From: Torpedo marmorata
Lineage: Eukaryota
Assembly: GCA_977017645.1 (NCBI GenBank)
Contig: OZ360236.1
Coordinates: forward strand, 18,476,001 to 18,540,000
DNA length: 64,000 bases
Direction: 5' to 3'
The notes under the pieces: model-generated
Databases searched by the model: none
The model's input: the letters and a program-made list of their open reading frames with translations, nothing else
What the model was told of the DNA's origin: nothing
Part shown: positions 37,697 to 49,744 of the stretch, piece after piece
Layout of the letters: each line of letters opens with the position of its first letter
How positions within the stretch are numbered: position 1 is the first letter of the stretch
Position numbers and translations under genes: made by a program

Positions 37697-38606
37697 TCAA
37701 CTATAGACCCCGAGTCAACTGCGGCCCGTTGCCCATTTTTAAGTGGCCCTTTAGAACATAGTCTCTATCAATAAATTTGCACTGTATGTACATTGCACTT
37801 AGTTTCAGCACTGGATGTCGCTGCCATTTTTAACAACTGTAAGGCTACCATTGCACTTATTAGTTTCAACACTAGATGTTGCTGCCATTTTGAACAACTG
37901 CTAGACAGACCGTTGCAATGTTGTTCATCGATGAAAATGTTTACCTCAGTTTAAAATTTTTTTTTACCTCTGTTGATTAAACATGGCAGAACTGAAAAGA
38001 CGCAAAATAGCAAGGGAGTGCCTAAAATTTCAGACACGGCAGGAAAATGAATACCTTTTCATAGAAGTAAAGCGGAAGTGCGTTTGTTTGATTTGCAAGG
38101 AATCTGTTAACATTAATAGCCCATCTTTAATAGTCTATCTACAGATTTGCACATTGCATCATAATCATTAAGGTGGACACTTGGGCCATGAACTGTATTT
38201 ACTGAGTGTTGTGGAGGAATGTTGGAGACTGCCTTGTCCCTTTCTTGATCTTTTCTCCTGTTCTTATTTTGCACCCAACTTTTTTATTGCTCTGCTTTTT
38301 GATTGAGAGTTTTAAAGAGTTTTATTGTATTCCTTTAAATTAAATTTAAGAGCAGCAGATATAGAAATGCCAACTGTAATATGTGAGCACATCAATAAAC
38401 TACTGTAATGTTAACAGTTCAGTAGAATTGTATAGTTATTTTGATAGAAAATTAATTTTTGGTGGCACTGGGGTTTTCTGGTCTAAAAACGCTGTTTTTC
38501 TTGCAGTATAACTGGTTGAAAACTGCCGGGCTTAATATTGTTTGGCCCGTAACTCTTTATATTTTTCTGTATGTGGCCCACAACCAAAAACATTTGGCCA
38601 CCCCTG
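37697..38606 (+). mobile_element. Internally deleted hAT (Charlie/GTF2IRD2-like) element
   Basis: ORF 37983-38171 (KRRKIAREC.KFQ...EYLF.E...CVCLICKESV) is a hAT transposase N-terminal zinc finger. 3' TIR TTGGCCACCCCTG. GTTTAAG on both flanks; the 5' TIR is eroded. Confidence 0.75.
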
Positions 38607-38906
38607 GTTTAAGACAATCCATAACTTGATCAGCAAGCACCTTAACACAGAAGGTACAATAGCATCACCGAGCCAAATGATCTCATGCTAACAAACTAAA
38701 AACACATTTGGATTTGGAGTTTGTGTTTTTTTTTAAGCTTAAATTCACAAATGATGACACGTACACTGTGACTGATTGAGAAATAGAAACATTAGATATG
38801 TTGAATCAGGAATTTATTGGTTTGGTGTAGGTTTCTATGCTGTTACTTTATCAGTTGAAATAAAGGAATACTATAACTGAAACAGAAAGTAATGTCTGAA
38901 GAAGTA

Positions 38907-39055
38907 CAGTAAGTCCTTGAATAACGTCGTTTTGATAAATGTCGTTTCGTTATAACGTATTTTACCGCGATATAAAATTGGTTTTGTTTAACGTCGTTTC
39001 ATTTAAAGTAGCACTTTCCAAGAACATATTAACAACGTTAACTGAGGACCTGCTG
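38907..39055. mobile_element. Tigger-like MITE
   Basis: TA|CAGTAAGTCCTTGAATAACG ... CGTTAACTGAGGACCTGCTG|TA. Confidence 0.75.
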
Positions 39056-39488
39056 TACCTTCTTTTGGTGAACAAAATTTATTATGTAAAAAAAAAATCT
39101 AGTTTTGCTTCTTTTGATGTTGAATATTAATTTTAATTATGATTAACATGAGCCATGTACTACCTTGCTTCAAGGTGCAGCAGCAGAGAATTGTGTTATG
39201 ATGGTCCCTAATTTAATAGGAGGTTGACCTGAAAATTTGTTGATTTGAGGAATAAAAGTCAAACCAAATTTTTAAGGAGTAAATATTTCAAATATAAGTG
39301 TTAATGGGAGGGGTTTAAGTGGTGGAAAATGGTGTGGAAATACTTTGAATAAAAAAAGCTTTTCCCATCAGCTTTCCTGCCTTTCACAGAGAATATTACA
39401 ATCAAAGAATTGTGAATCGAACTGAACTGTTGATTATCCTTTCTAATAGTTATTAGGGCACAAGTAATATTCCTAATTATGTGTATAG

Positions 39489-39863
39489 GTAAAGCATCAC
39501 CCACTGTGAATGTCTCCGGTCAATCAAAAGGTGAGGTTGCTTCTTCAGTTCCCAGTCTCCCAAGCCAGACCTCTTCATCCAGTCTTACAACGACTGCCAG
39601 TGTGGCATCCACAGCCACAATTTCAGCTGTCACTGTCAGCAACAGCCCCGTTAAAAAGCAGCGACCTCTCTTGCCGAAGGAAATTGTACCAGCTGTTCAG
39701 CGTGCAGTTGTGTGGAATCCCTCAACCAAGTTTCAGACCTCCTCGCAGAAGTGGCACATGCAGAAGGTTCAGAGGCAGCAGCAGCAGCATCAGGCGCCAG
39801 TGACTCAACAGCAACAGTCTCAGAACACAGGAACCCGGTACCAGACAAGGTTGGCTGTGAAAG
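39489..39863 (+). CDS. ZMYND8: ZMYND8 exon (S/T-rich and Q-rich region)
   Basis: gtatag|(G)KAS...SPVKKQRPLLPKE...KFQTSSQKWHMQK...TRYQTRLAVK+G|gtataa. 375 nt. Confidence 0.93.
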
Positions 39864-39982
39864 GTATAAATATCTTGAGTCTAGCTGTAAGACTGGCAGA
39901 TGCCAACACACCATTTTATTGGTAATTTTGTTGCAATAGAAATGAAAAAGTCATGCTTTGGTATGATGGAGAGTGTAGATTT

Positions 39983-40180
39983 TTCAAGATTCAATTTATT
40001 GTCATGCAATAAAGACAGTGCAATATTACACGGAATTTGTTTTTTATGGCAGACAGATTTGCTTTCGGCAGAAATTGCCTGAAGCGCCTCTTACAGTCAG
40101 AGAAAGAGAAGCAAAAGAGAGTCCTCTCAGAGTCACCAAGTGTCAGTGGATTCGCCTCCAGCGATTCCGGGGAATCCTGT
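39983..40180 (-). mobile_element. Truncated copy of the ~540-bp retroposon family
   Basis: TTCAAGATTCAATTTATTGTCAT...GGATTCGCCTCCAGCG. Confidence 0.8.
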
Positions 40181-40261
40181 TCAGATGAATGTGCAACGCG
40201 GTGTCACAGAGCGAAATAATAGGATTCATTGGGGTTCATTGAATTGCCTTGGATGACCTGG

Positions 40262-40710
40262 AAAACATGGAACAAAACAGCACAGGAACCGGCCCTTCGG
40301 ACCACGTGTCTGTGCTGAACATCATGTCCAAATCAAACTAAAGCTCTGCTGCTTGCACCTGACAGATAGCCCTCCATCCCCTTCATATTGTATCTGACTA
40401 GAGGCCTCTCAAATGCTATTATTGTATCTACTTCTACCATTACATCTGGCAGCCTGTTCCAGACACTCACCGCTCTCTGTGTAAAATATTTGTCCCGCTC
40501 ATCTCACATAAACGTCCTCCCCCCTCACCTTAAACAGGTTTTCTAGTGTGACACTTTTGACCTGCGGAAAAGATTCTGACTGTCCACCTTATCAATGCCT
40601 CTCATGATTTTGTACACCTCTATCAGGTCACCCATCAGCCTCCTACACTCGAGAGAAAACAACCCAAGTTTGTCCAATTTATCTCCATAACTCACACCCT
40701 CCAAACCAGG
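40262..40710 (-). mobile_element. CR1 3' fragment
   Basis: CCTCTATCAGGTCACCCATCAGCCTCC and the ACAGCACAGGAAC tail. Similar fragments at 42335-42570 (-), 44440-44775 (+), 54290-54430 (+) and 59090-59480 (+). Confidence 0.75.
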
Positions 40711-40944
40711 AATTTTTCATTAAGAACAGAGTTCTTTCACGTTAGCGGTTCCTTCAGGACCCCAGGACATTGTTATCTGCCATTTTTCTTCTCATTGCAG
40801 GAAAGACAATTCCCTGTTCTTTTTATTGGCATGATGAACAGTATGAAAGAAGACCTAAAAGTTCAGAATCACTGCAGTTTCCAAAACGGACAAAGCTCAT
40901 TTTGTTACGAAAGTTGGTTGGGATTTGAGTTTACAAAATTATAA

Positions 40945-41558
40945 CACTGGACAACAATTTTTTTCAAAAGGTTTGCTTCCTGAAAAAAAATTGGGGATTA
41001 TGATAGACAACTTCAAGCTGAACGCAAAGATAATTTCAGATTTGCTGTTTCACGTAAGAAGTTGGAGAAACATTAAATTAACTTTTATTGAATTTAGCAT
41101 GTTTAATTACATCATGATGCTGACACATTGCGTTAGTTCAACTGACCTAAAAATGTTTTTCCGTTGATTTTCGTTTGTACTCAGCATCTGATGCCTCTTG
41201 TCAGTGTCTCAACAATAGTCGGCTAGCAGTGATGGATTCCAGTTGCCCTGATGACACTTTTTCATGGTTGCAATGTCCTGGTGAAACCTTTCACCATGTT
41301 CATCACTAACTGCACCAAGATCAGCAGGGAAGAAGTCCAAATGCGAATGCAGAAAATTAATTTTCAATGACATGTTGCACTTCATGGTTTTGTATGCTTG
41401 AAGCATGTTAAAAATATGACAGGAAATCACAAAAATAGGTTATATCTAAAAAACGGTATGTGATAGGAAAGTTTGAAGGTGATTTTCGTGTTCAGCAACC
41501 CCAAATCCATAAAATACACCCAGAAATGTTCGGGAAGCAAAATCTTAGTTGTCCAGTG
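40945..41558 (-). mobile_element. Internally deleted Chapaev3-type (CMC) DNA transposon
   Basis: TIR CACTGGACAAC / GTTGTCCAGTG. 3-bp TSD TAA/TAA. Transposase C-terminal peptide MSLKINFLHSHLDFFPADLGAVSDEHGERFHQDI in ORF 41209-41430. Confidence 0.8.
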
Positions 41559-41643
41559 TAATTGATGGCCAATTAAGAAAGATAAAATTTAGGGGCAATA
41601 ATATATATCACATCTCATACTTTGATTTTATTTCCAATTGCAG

Positions 41644-41840
41644 CTGTGCAACAGAAAGAGGCTACTCTGGCAACTTCAACGTCTTCCATTACTTTGGTCA
41701 CAAGTACTTCATCTGCTTCTGCTGCAGGCAACGGGTCAGCAGTAGTAAACACAGCTTCCAGTTCTGTCCACAGCACAGATTTACCCATAGCTACTCCATC
41801 TGCTGATGTTGCAGCTGATCTTACAAAGTATACAAATAAG
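41644..41840 (+). CDS. ZMYND8: ZMYND8 exon
   Basis: ttgcag|(A)VQQKE...SITLVTST...DLPIATPSADVAADLTKYTNK|gtttgt. 197 nt, phase 1-0. Confidence 0.94.
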
Positions 41841-42690
41841 GTTTGTGTTGTTAACCATGACTGAAAGGCCTTGCTATGTAGAATTGTGCAGAAGTGGACC
41901 AATTGCCCCAAACACCCCTTTCAATATTCCATTGATGCTACTTTTGGTTTTTGGGATTATGATTATACCTCTTTAGTTCTGATACATAAAATATTAATGT
42001 GGCAAGCATTCACTTAACAGCTATAATGTATATTCCTCACTGATCTGTAAATACTTAAACTGATTGTCCTGTTATGAAGCCTTTTCTTAAAGCACAGTGC
42101 CAAAGTCCAATTTTATTGTCAGCCTCTTGCTCTATGCCTTCAATTGTCAGGGCAAACAAAAAGCTTTTCGCTATTGAGAATGCATGAAAAAATGCTGCAA
42201 GTCTCACTGTGCAGTGCACCATATATTTTGGACTTAAAATAACGACTGTGATTGTGAAATCAAAAATTATAACAGAGCACAGTTTTGTAAATGAAAAAAA
42301 TTATTGCAATTTTATGAAAACTGGATTATAATCTATAGAACCGTAGAACAGTACAGCACAGAAACAGGCCCTTTTGCCCATCTAGTCTGTGCAAACCATT
42401 ACTCTGCCTGCAACCAGACCATATCCATACCCATCCCATCCATGTACCTATCCAAATTTGAACCCACCATCACCTCTTCAGCTGGCAGCTCATTCCATAC
42501 TCTCACCACTCTCTGCACGAAGAAGTTCCCCCTGGTTTTCGCTTTGAATTTAGCACCTTTCACCCTTCACACTTCTTCCAAAAAAGTAAAGTTAAAGAAG
42601 CTTTAGCATTTCTCTAAAATGTTGGAATAGAATGCTTCTTAATGAACTATTTTTACTTAAGAAAAGCAAAACAGAATGCTGAATTAAGTA

Positions 42691-43226
42691 CAGTACAACT
42701 CAGATTATCCAAAATGGTCGGGACCGGGCTTATTTCTGATAAACGATATTTTCAGATAACTGGTCATTTTTTTAAAACAGCCCAGTAGCATCATCAAATC
42801 ACTTGTAACAGTGTTTAAACAAGAACAAACAACAAGGGAAGGCTTTTTAAGCATGAAATAATGTTTAATTCTCACCAAAAAACAACCTGAACAAAATAAG
42901 ATAAATCCAACACCAAAAACTTGAAATTCTACTCAGAGGTTTTTCCAAAATCCCAAAAATTTTTCAACCTGTGACGTCAGTTTGGCTCCGAAAAAATTTC
43001 AGATAACTGAGGAGTTCTGATTGTTTTGGATATCCTCATTTATCCAAAAATCTTCAGAGGCGTGATGACGTAATTTCGGCTTCGAAATTTTTCGGATAAA
43101 TGAGGATTTCTGATTTTTCTGAAATCCTCATTTATCGGGAAAAAAATTTCAGAGCCGAACAGATGTCACTTCCGGGTCCAAAAAATTTCAGGTAACTGAG
43201 GATTTCAGATAATCGGAGTTTTACTG
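42691..43226. mobile_element. Tigger-like MITE with internal fold-back repeats
   Basis: TA|CAGTACAACTCAGATTATC ... GATAATCGGAGTTTTACTG|TA. Confidence 0.8.
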
Positions 43227-43386
43227 TATTACTATAGTGAATACTACTCCTGGTGTCTTTTTTGATGGTGAATTAATATTGAAGATTATTCTACAGAACA
43301 AAATAGCTTCATAGGCAACCAAGTAGTGTTTCAGAATGAGGTTCAGCCATGGATAAAATATTTGGATGAACAAAAAGTCAATCAGA

Positions 43387-43622
43387 GGTCGGCACGGTTA
43401 ATGCAACGCTGTTACAGCGCCAGCGACCTGGGTTCGGATCCGGCGCTGTCTGTAAGGAGTTTGTACGTTCTCCATGTCTGCGTGGGTTTCCTCCGGGCAC
43501 TCTGGTTTCCTCCCACCCTTCAAAACGTATGGAGTTTTTAGGGTAATTGGGTGGCATGGGCTTGTGGGCCGAAAGGGCTTGTTACCGAGCTGTATGTATG
43601 ATCTCTTAAATTAAAAATTTTA
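43387..43622 (+). mobile_element. V-SINE copy (left member of an inverted pair)
   Basis: Head, V-domain and tail. Confidence 0.88.
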
Positions 43623-43634
43623 ATAAGAAAAACT

Positions 43635-43931
43635 GTAGACCTACAGCACACGAGGCCGAGCCACCCAAATACCCCAATTAAACTACAAATCTCGTACGTA
43701 TTGAAGGGTGGGAGGAGACCAGAGCACCCGGAGGAAACCCATGTAGACACTGGGAGAACATACAAACTCCTTACAGATAGCACCGGATTCAAACCCGGGT
43801 CGCTGGCACTGTAATAGCATTGAACTAAAAAGGTAAAGGTAAAGATTCCATTATTGTCACGTAATACTACATTTAGAATGTAACATACATGAAATTCTTT
43901 AATTTTTGTTAACCACTACGCTAACCGTGCA
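43635..43931 (-). mobile_element. V-SINE copy (right member of the inverted pair) with an ~85-bp insertion in its head
   Basis: Reverse-complement copy. The head is split at ~43828-43910 by a retroposon tail. Confidence 0.85.
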
Positions 43932-44852
43932 GTCCTGTTTCAGTAGGACATGTTTATTTTAGATCTCAAAATTGTTTTCAAGTGAAAGCCAATGAATACT
44001 TTTGCCTTCATAAGTGCTTGAAGTGCCTGTTTGTTAACTTAGTGATTTGTGTACAAGTGCTTGACCTCATATTTTCCCACATTGTATTCCACCTGACCTG
44101 CCCATTCTCTTAGCTTTTCTTAATCCCCCCCTGAAACTTTCTGCCCTCACCCGACAGCCCACTCTATTATTATTTTCTCCTATTATTCCCTAATATAATG
44201 TGCAATTTCATTCTGAACCTTTGCCCTGTTACAAAGTTATAGAAGCTTTTAATGTCTGTTTTAATGTTTTTCATGAGATTATTCTGGTATTTTACTTTCA
44301 CATAAAAAATTTGATTTCCCTTGGCTGATCTCATGTATGTGATGTCATGTATGTACTCTGACAATAAATCTGAAATTGTCTCAATCCTTTGGATTACTAC
44401 TCTTTGACAACGTAAATCTTCTCCTTTGATTTACTTCTTGATGTGGATTAGAGGATATGAACTATAAGGAAAAGTTGGACCAACTTGGGTTATTTCTCTG
44501 GAGTTTTGGAGGCTGAGGGGAGACTGAGAAGTCGATAAAGACAGTCAGAATCTTTTTCTGAGGGTAAAAATTCCAAATACCAGAGGACATGCATTTAAAG
44601 TGAGGGGTAAGTTTAAAGGAGATGTGCAGGGCAAGGTTTTTACACGGTGAGTAGTAGGTGACTGGACACGATAGAATAGAGGGATATGGATCAAATGCAG
44701 ACAGAGATTTAGTTTAATTTGGCATCGTGTTCCACACAGACTGATGGGCCTGTCCCTGTGCCATACTTTCTAAGTCTGTGTTAATTATTATCCTCAACTT
44801 CATTTTTATAAGCCTTTTTTTATTAATTAATAACACCCATTTTTTTTTGTAG

Positions 44853-44933
44853 ATGATGGAAGCAATAAAAGGAACCATGACTGAAATCTACAATGATCTC
44901 TCCAAAAATAGCTCTGGAAGCACAATAGCAGAG
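44853..44933 (+). CDS. ZMYND8: ZMYND8 exon (coiled-coil)
   Basis: ttgtag|MMEAIKGTMTEIYNDLSKNSSGSTIAE|gttagt. 81 nt. Confidence 0.95.
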
Positions 44934-45032
44934 GTTAGTCATTGATATTCAAATTAGAGTCTAGCTTTTAAATAACATCGACTGACATCAGTTGACCAAC
45001 CTGAATTGCTGGTTTACTTTGTCATCTGGCAG

Positions 45033-45111
45033 ATTCGCCGAATGAAAATTGAAATTGATAAACTGCAGTGGTTGCACCAGCAGGAGCTGTCTGAAATGAA
45101 GCATAATCTTG
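45033..45111 (+). CDS. ZMYND8: ZMYND8 exon (coiled-coil)
   Basis: tggcag|[26 protein letters not shown]+G|gtatgt. 79 nt, after a 99-nt intron. Confidence 0.95.
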
Positions 45112-46941
45112 GTATGTACCACAAGTCAGCCTGGTTTTCTTTTTTTAGCTTGTACAATGGTTGAATAAATCATCTTATTTTATCCTGTCTGTGCTATGTT
45201 CAGTAACCTGATCAGGAGATTGTAGAAATGCATTATCACAAGATATAGGAGCAGAAGTTGGCCCATTGAGTCTGTTCTGCCATTCTAATCATGAGCTGAT
45301 CCATCCTCCCACTCAGCCCCATTCCTTGGCTTTCTCCCCATAACTCTGGATGCCCTGACTAATCAAATACCTGTCAGTCTCTGCCTTAAATACACCCAAC
45401 GACCTTGCTTCCACAGCCGCCTGTGGCAACAAGTTCCACAGACTCGCGATCCTCTGATAAAGAAATTTTTCCGCATATCTATTTAAATTGACGCCCTTTT
45501 GTCCTGATCACTTAAGATAAGCAACCAATGTAAAATGGCTTCCTTTCCCTGATGAGAAATCTCAAAGCCATATTTCAATATCTTTCCCTAATGGCGCAAA
45601 TGAGATGGCGATGACTTGAATGTAGGCATTTTGGCTATATAGTTTTTATTTTTCATGTGACAAGTTGAAACTCTACAGAATTTATTTTTGCATTTCTATG
45701 CAAGTCTTAATTTTGCAACATCCGTTGGGCAACGGACAACCTACTCATTGCAGAAACTGTTCCTGTTGGCAGAGAGTTTAAGATTCAGAGAACAAAGAAT
45801 GAAGGTGTTTGCCAAAAGACCCAAAGGTGACACAAGGAAGTATCTTTTTGTGCAGTGAATGGGCAGAATCTGGATTGCACTGCTGGGAGGGGCTGGGTGG
45901 TGGTGGCGGCAGGAAGTTGATTGGGAGTGTTGATTGGTGGTATTCGGAGACGATTGGCTATGTTCATGAAAGGGGTAAAGATTACAGGCAGTCAGAAGGT
46001 GAGAGATTGTGGCCAGCTGGGTTGCTTTAACATGGAGCTGGCACAGAGTTAATCAGCCAAATGGCCTTCAATGATGTAACCTTTCTGTGATACCCTTGGG
46101 AATTGCATTTGCCATTCCTAACCCTAACCCTGACCACCAGAAAATGAGGGAGGAGAACGAAATGGCTTTCCTTCCTTTTTTGGAACGCATGTGGTTTCTG
46201 CGGCACCTCCTAAATTAAAAATAATCAAAACTGGTGTCACGTTATGAGAACTGAACTCCCTTTATATCACCTCACTGCACAATAGTTAATTGTAATATAC
46301 TACTGTCCTTTTATCTACCTCACATAACATATGACAGCAATGTGCATTGTGTATTAAAAGCAAGTGGTCAGCGAATAAAGAGTGCAGCCTTGTAAAGATA
46401 GATTACGTTTGAATATTTATATTTTATGATGCTCAATTCAAATTTATTGAAAGTAATTGTTGGATAAGCTTGACATTGCATCATAAATAGACTCTCATAC
46501 TTGTAAGTACAGTGATTTATCAAGATTAGACCATCAGTTACTTCAATCTGATTGTAATTCATGATTGAGAACAAATTTATGCACAGTCTCTCAGCATATG
46601 TAATCCTCCATGAATTTTATAGATTTTCTTTACACTTCTGCCACAGCATTCATTATATGTTGCACAAATATTAACTATGGTACCCATACACTAAGGAGGG
46701 TATTTTTCTACTTTGGAAATATTATTTGCCAGTCTCAGAGCAGTGTACAGAAGTTCTTTTCTAATGATGAATTGAAGAAGGGTGGAGACTTTTGTCTGAT
46801 GTGAAAATATTTCATGGTTCCAAAAGAAGTGAATCTGCTCAAAGTGTTCACTCCAGGTTGCTTCTGACTAGCAGCTTGATGGAATTAAAAACATTAGGAT
46901 GGAGAATTGAAATACCATCGAATAATTTGAAGAAATATTAA

Positions 46942-47185
46942 GGGCAGCACAGTTAGTGTGTTGGTTAGCACAACGCTATTACAGCGACAGAGTTCGAATC
47001 TGGCGCTGGCTGTAAGGAGTTTGTACGTTCTCTCCGTTTCCACCTGGGTTTCCTCCCGGGTGCTCCGGTGTCCTCCCACATTCCATAGACGTACAGTGTT
47101 AGCAGGTCACATGGGTGTATTTGGGTGTTGCGGGCTCGTGGGCCAGAAGGGCCTGTTACCGTGCTGTATCTCTAAAATTAAAATT
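46942..47185 (+). mobile_element. V-SINE copy
   Basis: Head, V-domain and tail. Ends ~90 nt before the MYND exon. Confidence 0.85.
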
Positions 47186-47231
47186 GTAAAAAATAAAAAT
47201 TACATTTGTTCTTCAGTGCTTTGACAAATAA

Positions 47232-47519
<288 letters not shown>

Positions 47520-47832
47520 TAGTGCTTCAACTTATACCCAGGTTGGAATATTTTACATTTGCCATTCCTTTAATTTGAAATGATCTAACTTTTAGCACCA
47601 AACTGATGCATTCTTCTTTGTTTAACAAAGATGTATAAAAAAAGGTGTTGGTCAAACCATTACCTTTTATTTTAAGCATATGCGATGTGACTGAGATTCT
47701 TCTGGAATTCAGCACGTTGCTTGAATTATTTGTTGAACTAGGTTGCCAATCCACCGCTGATATTCCGAGGTGGTTTCCCATTGAAGGACTGACCAGACTT
47801 GAGTCTGCTTGGCTGGATGCTGTCTGAGAGCA

Positions 47833-48320
47833 TTTAAGATTCAAGATAATTTTATCGACATGTAATAAAACAGAAAATGTCATATTACACAAAATTTCCT
47901 TCAGTCTACGGAAGGCAGACAAAGATTTGCCATCAGTAGAAATTGCCCAGCACCCCTTACAGAGAAAGAGAACCAAAAAGAGTCCCCCCAGAGTCACTGA
48001 GTGTCCATGGATTCACCTCCAGCGCTCCCGCAGCCACACAGCCTTCAGTCCAAACCAACAGCAACCCAGATGTAAACTTCTGACACAATCAGGAAGCCTC
48101 CAGTACCCTCTGCACTCTCTCACATCCCAATTCCGATACCTGGTATCCCTTCAGCCAGTCTCCAGCAGTCCACAGCCTGCTGTGAGTCCCTTGACCGGAG
48201 TCGCCAGCCTCAAGTCACCAACAGCCGCCTGTGTGTTCTTCAGCTGCAGAGCCCCTCACTGGTCTGCCATCATTCCGTGGGTCATCTCCTCTGCTTCTCC
48301 TTCTCAAACGGGGCATGATC
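47833..48320 (-). mobile_element. Near full-length copy of the ~540-bp retroposon family
   Basis: Colinear with 2316-2857 and ends at the same point (CTTCTCCTTCTCA..GGGG..TGATC). Confidence 0.8.
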
Positions 48321-48755
48321 TCTTCGTTTTTAGATGACAAGTTGAGCTATTATCCTCAACCTTAACCTTTGAATAGGTAGAAAATTCGACCAAAGCAGTC
48401 AGTGTTTTGGCCACAGTACTACTGTGGTGCTGACTGTGAAGTGTTGAATCCTTCATCTCATTTGATTTTTGTGTCACCATTCTTTCAAAGCCTCAGCAGT
48501 AAATAAAATATGTGGGCATAATCTTAATTCTTCATCAAACAACTGCAGCCATAGGTAATTCAATTGTCAATTAACAAATGTGCTAAAATTGAATCATTTT
48601 CTCCATTATGAAACCACTCTTTCAAGCTGAATGATAGCACTTTGGATGGAATCAAATTTAAGAATCCTGTAATCTCTCCAGTATTTTTTTGAACTTGGTG
48701 CAGTCAGTTCAACCGTTTGGTTTTAAAAGCTGTGTGTTTTTTTTAAAAATTGTAG

Positions 48756-48913
48756 CCACTGCTACTCAGCAGGAACCTGAATCGGAAGTGAATTCTGAAG
48801 CACTGAATAAAAGTGCACAGCAAACCCCTATTGTCCAGCAGTCACCGTCAGAGACCAAAGCCAGCCAAAATGACAAGGATCCCAGCACCGATAAGAATAA
48901 GGAAAATGTCACA
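48756..48913 (+). CDS. ZMYND8: ZMYND8 exon after the MYND finger
   Basis: ttgtag|(A)TATQQEPESEVNSEALNKS...DKNKENVT|gtaagt. 158 nt, phase 1-0. Confidence 0.92.
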
Positions 48914-49744
48914 GTAAGTTGTGCTTGGTATTAGAGTAAACAATACCTTCCATAGACACTTAAGACTATTGTGTTCTTGAACATCGTGTTTATTTTTTGA
49001 ACCTATTCACCTTGAAGGACGTAGTTCAGATGCATGAAACAACAATCGTGCAAAACTAATTACAGCATTTTGTTTGGCAAAATTTGTCTTTTATTGACCA
49101 GTGTGTTCCTAAATGAAATTAGCTGTTATTCAAGTGTGGTAAGCCTCATTCTGTCCATCCCCCCCCCCCCCCCATTGGAGGGTCATTGATTAAGTGACTT
49201 TGTGGAGTACTCAGAAATCCATTTGTCATGGTTATTCTTGCTTTCAGTGTTCACATTCTTTTGACCATTTTGTTTCACATTCTGTTTTTAAAATATTATT
49301 TTGCTACTTGCATCTTGTAAATTGTGCTTTTTTTTTGTTGTGACTCAGTACAAATGTTTTTGCATTGTCAGGTGAATAACAAGGTCTTTGAACAGAATAA
49401 TCATCTTGTGGTTCAAGGACCGAACTGTAGATATTTAATACAAATCTTCACCCAGCACTTAAGGAAGACCAATGTAATCCAAAGATTTATACATAGCATT
49501 GTTTTAGAAATAAGTTTCATCCAACATCTTATTTATAACCAAGGCTATATTTCTCTTGAATTTGTTATCAGTATTTTTTGCCTCGAATCACCAGTAATTT
49601 ATGTCCCTTTACGCTTCCGCTCCACCTGTCCTCAATAGCTTGTTACTATGCTGCAGTCTGATTGGTCAGACACTGGACTTTGCTGTAATAATGTCATTGA
49701 TTAGGTGACGATGATAGAGAATGACTCACTGTCCTTTATTATGC

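Noticed and set aside
46116-46132. Telomere-like CCCTAA repeats
   Set aside because: Fewer than three units, which is within chance or slippage expectation.
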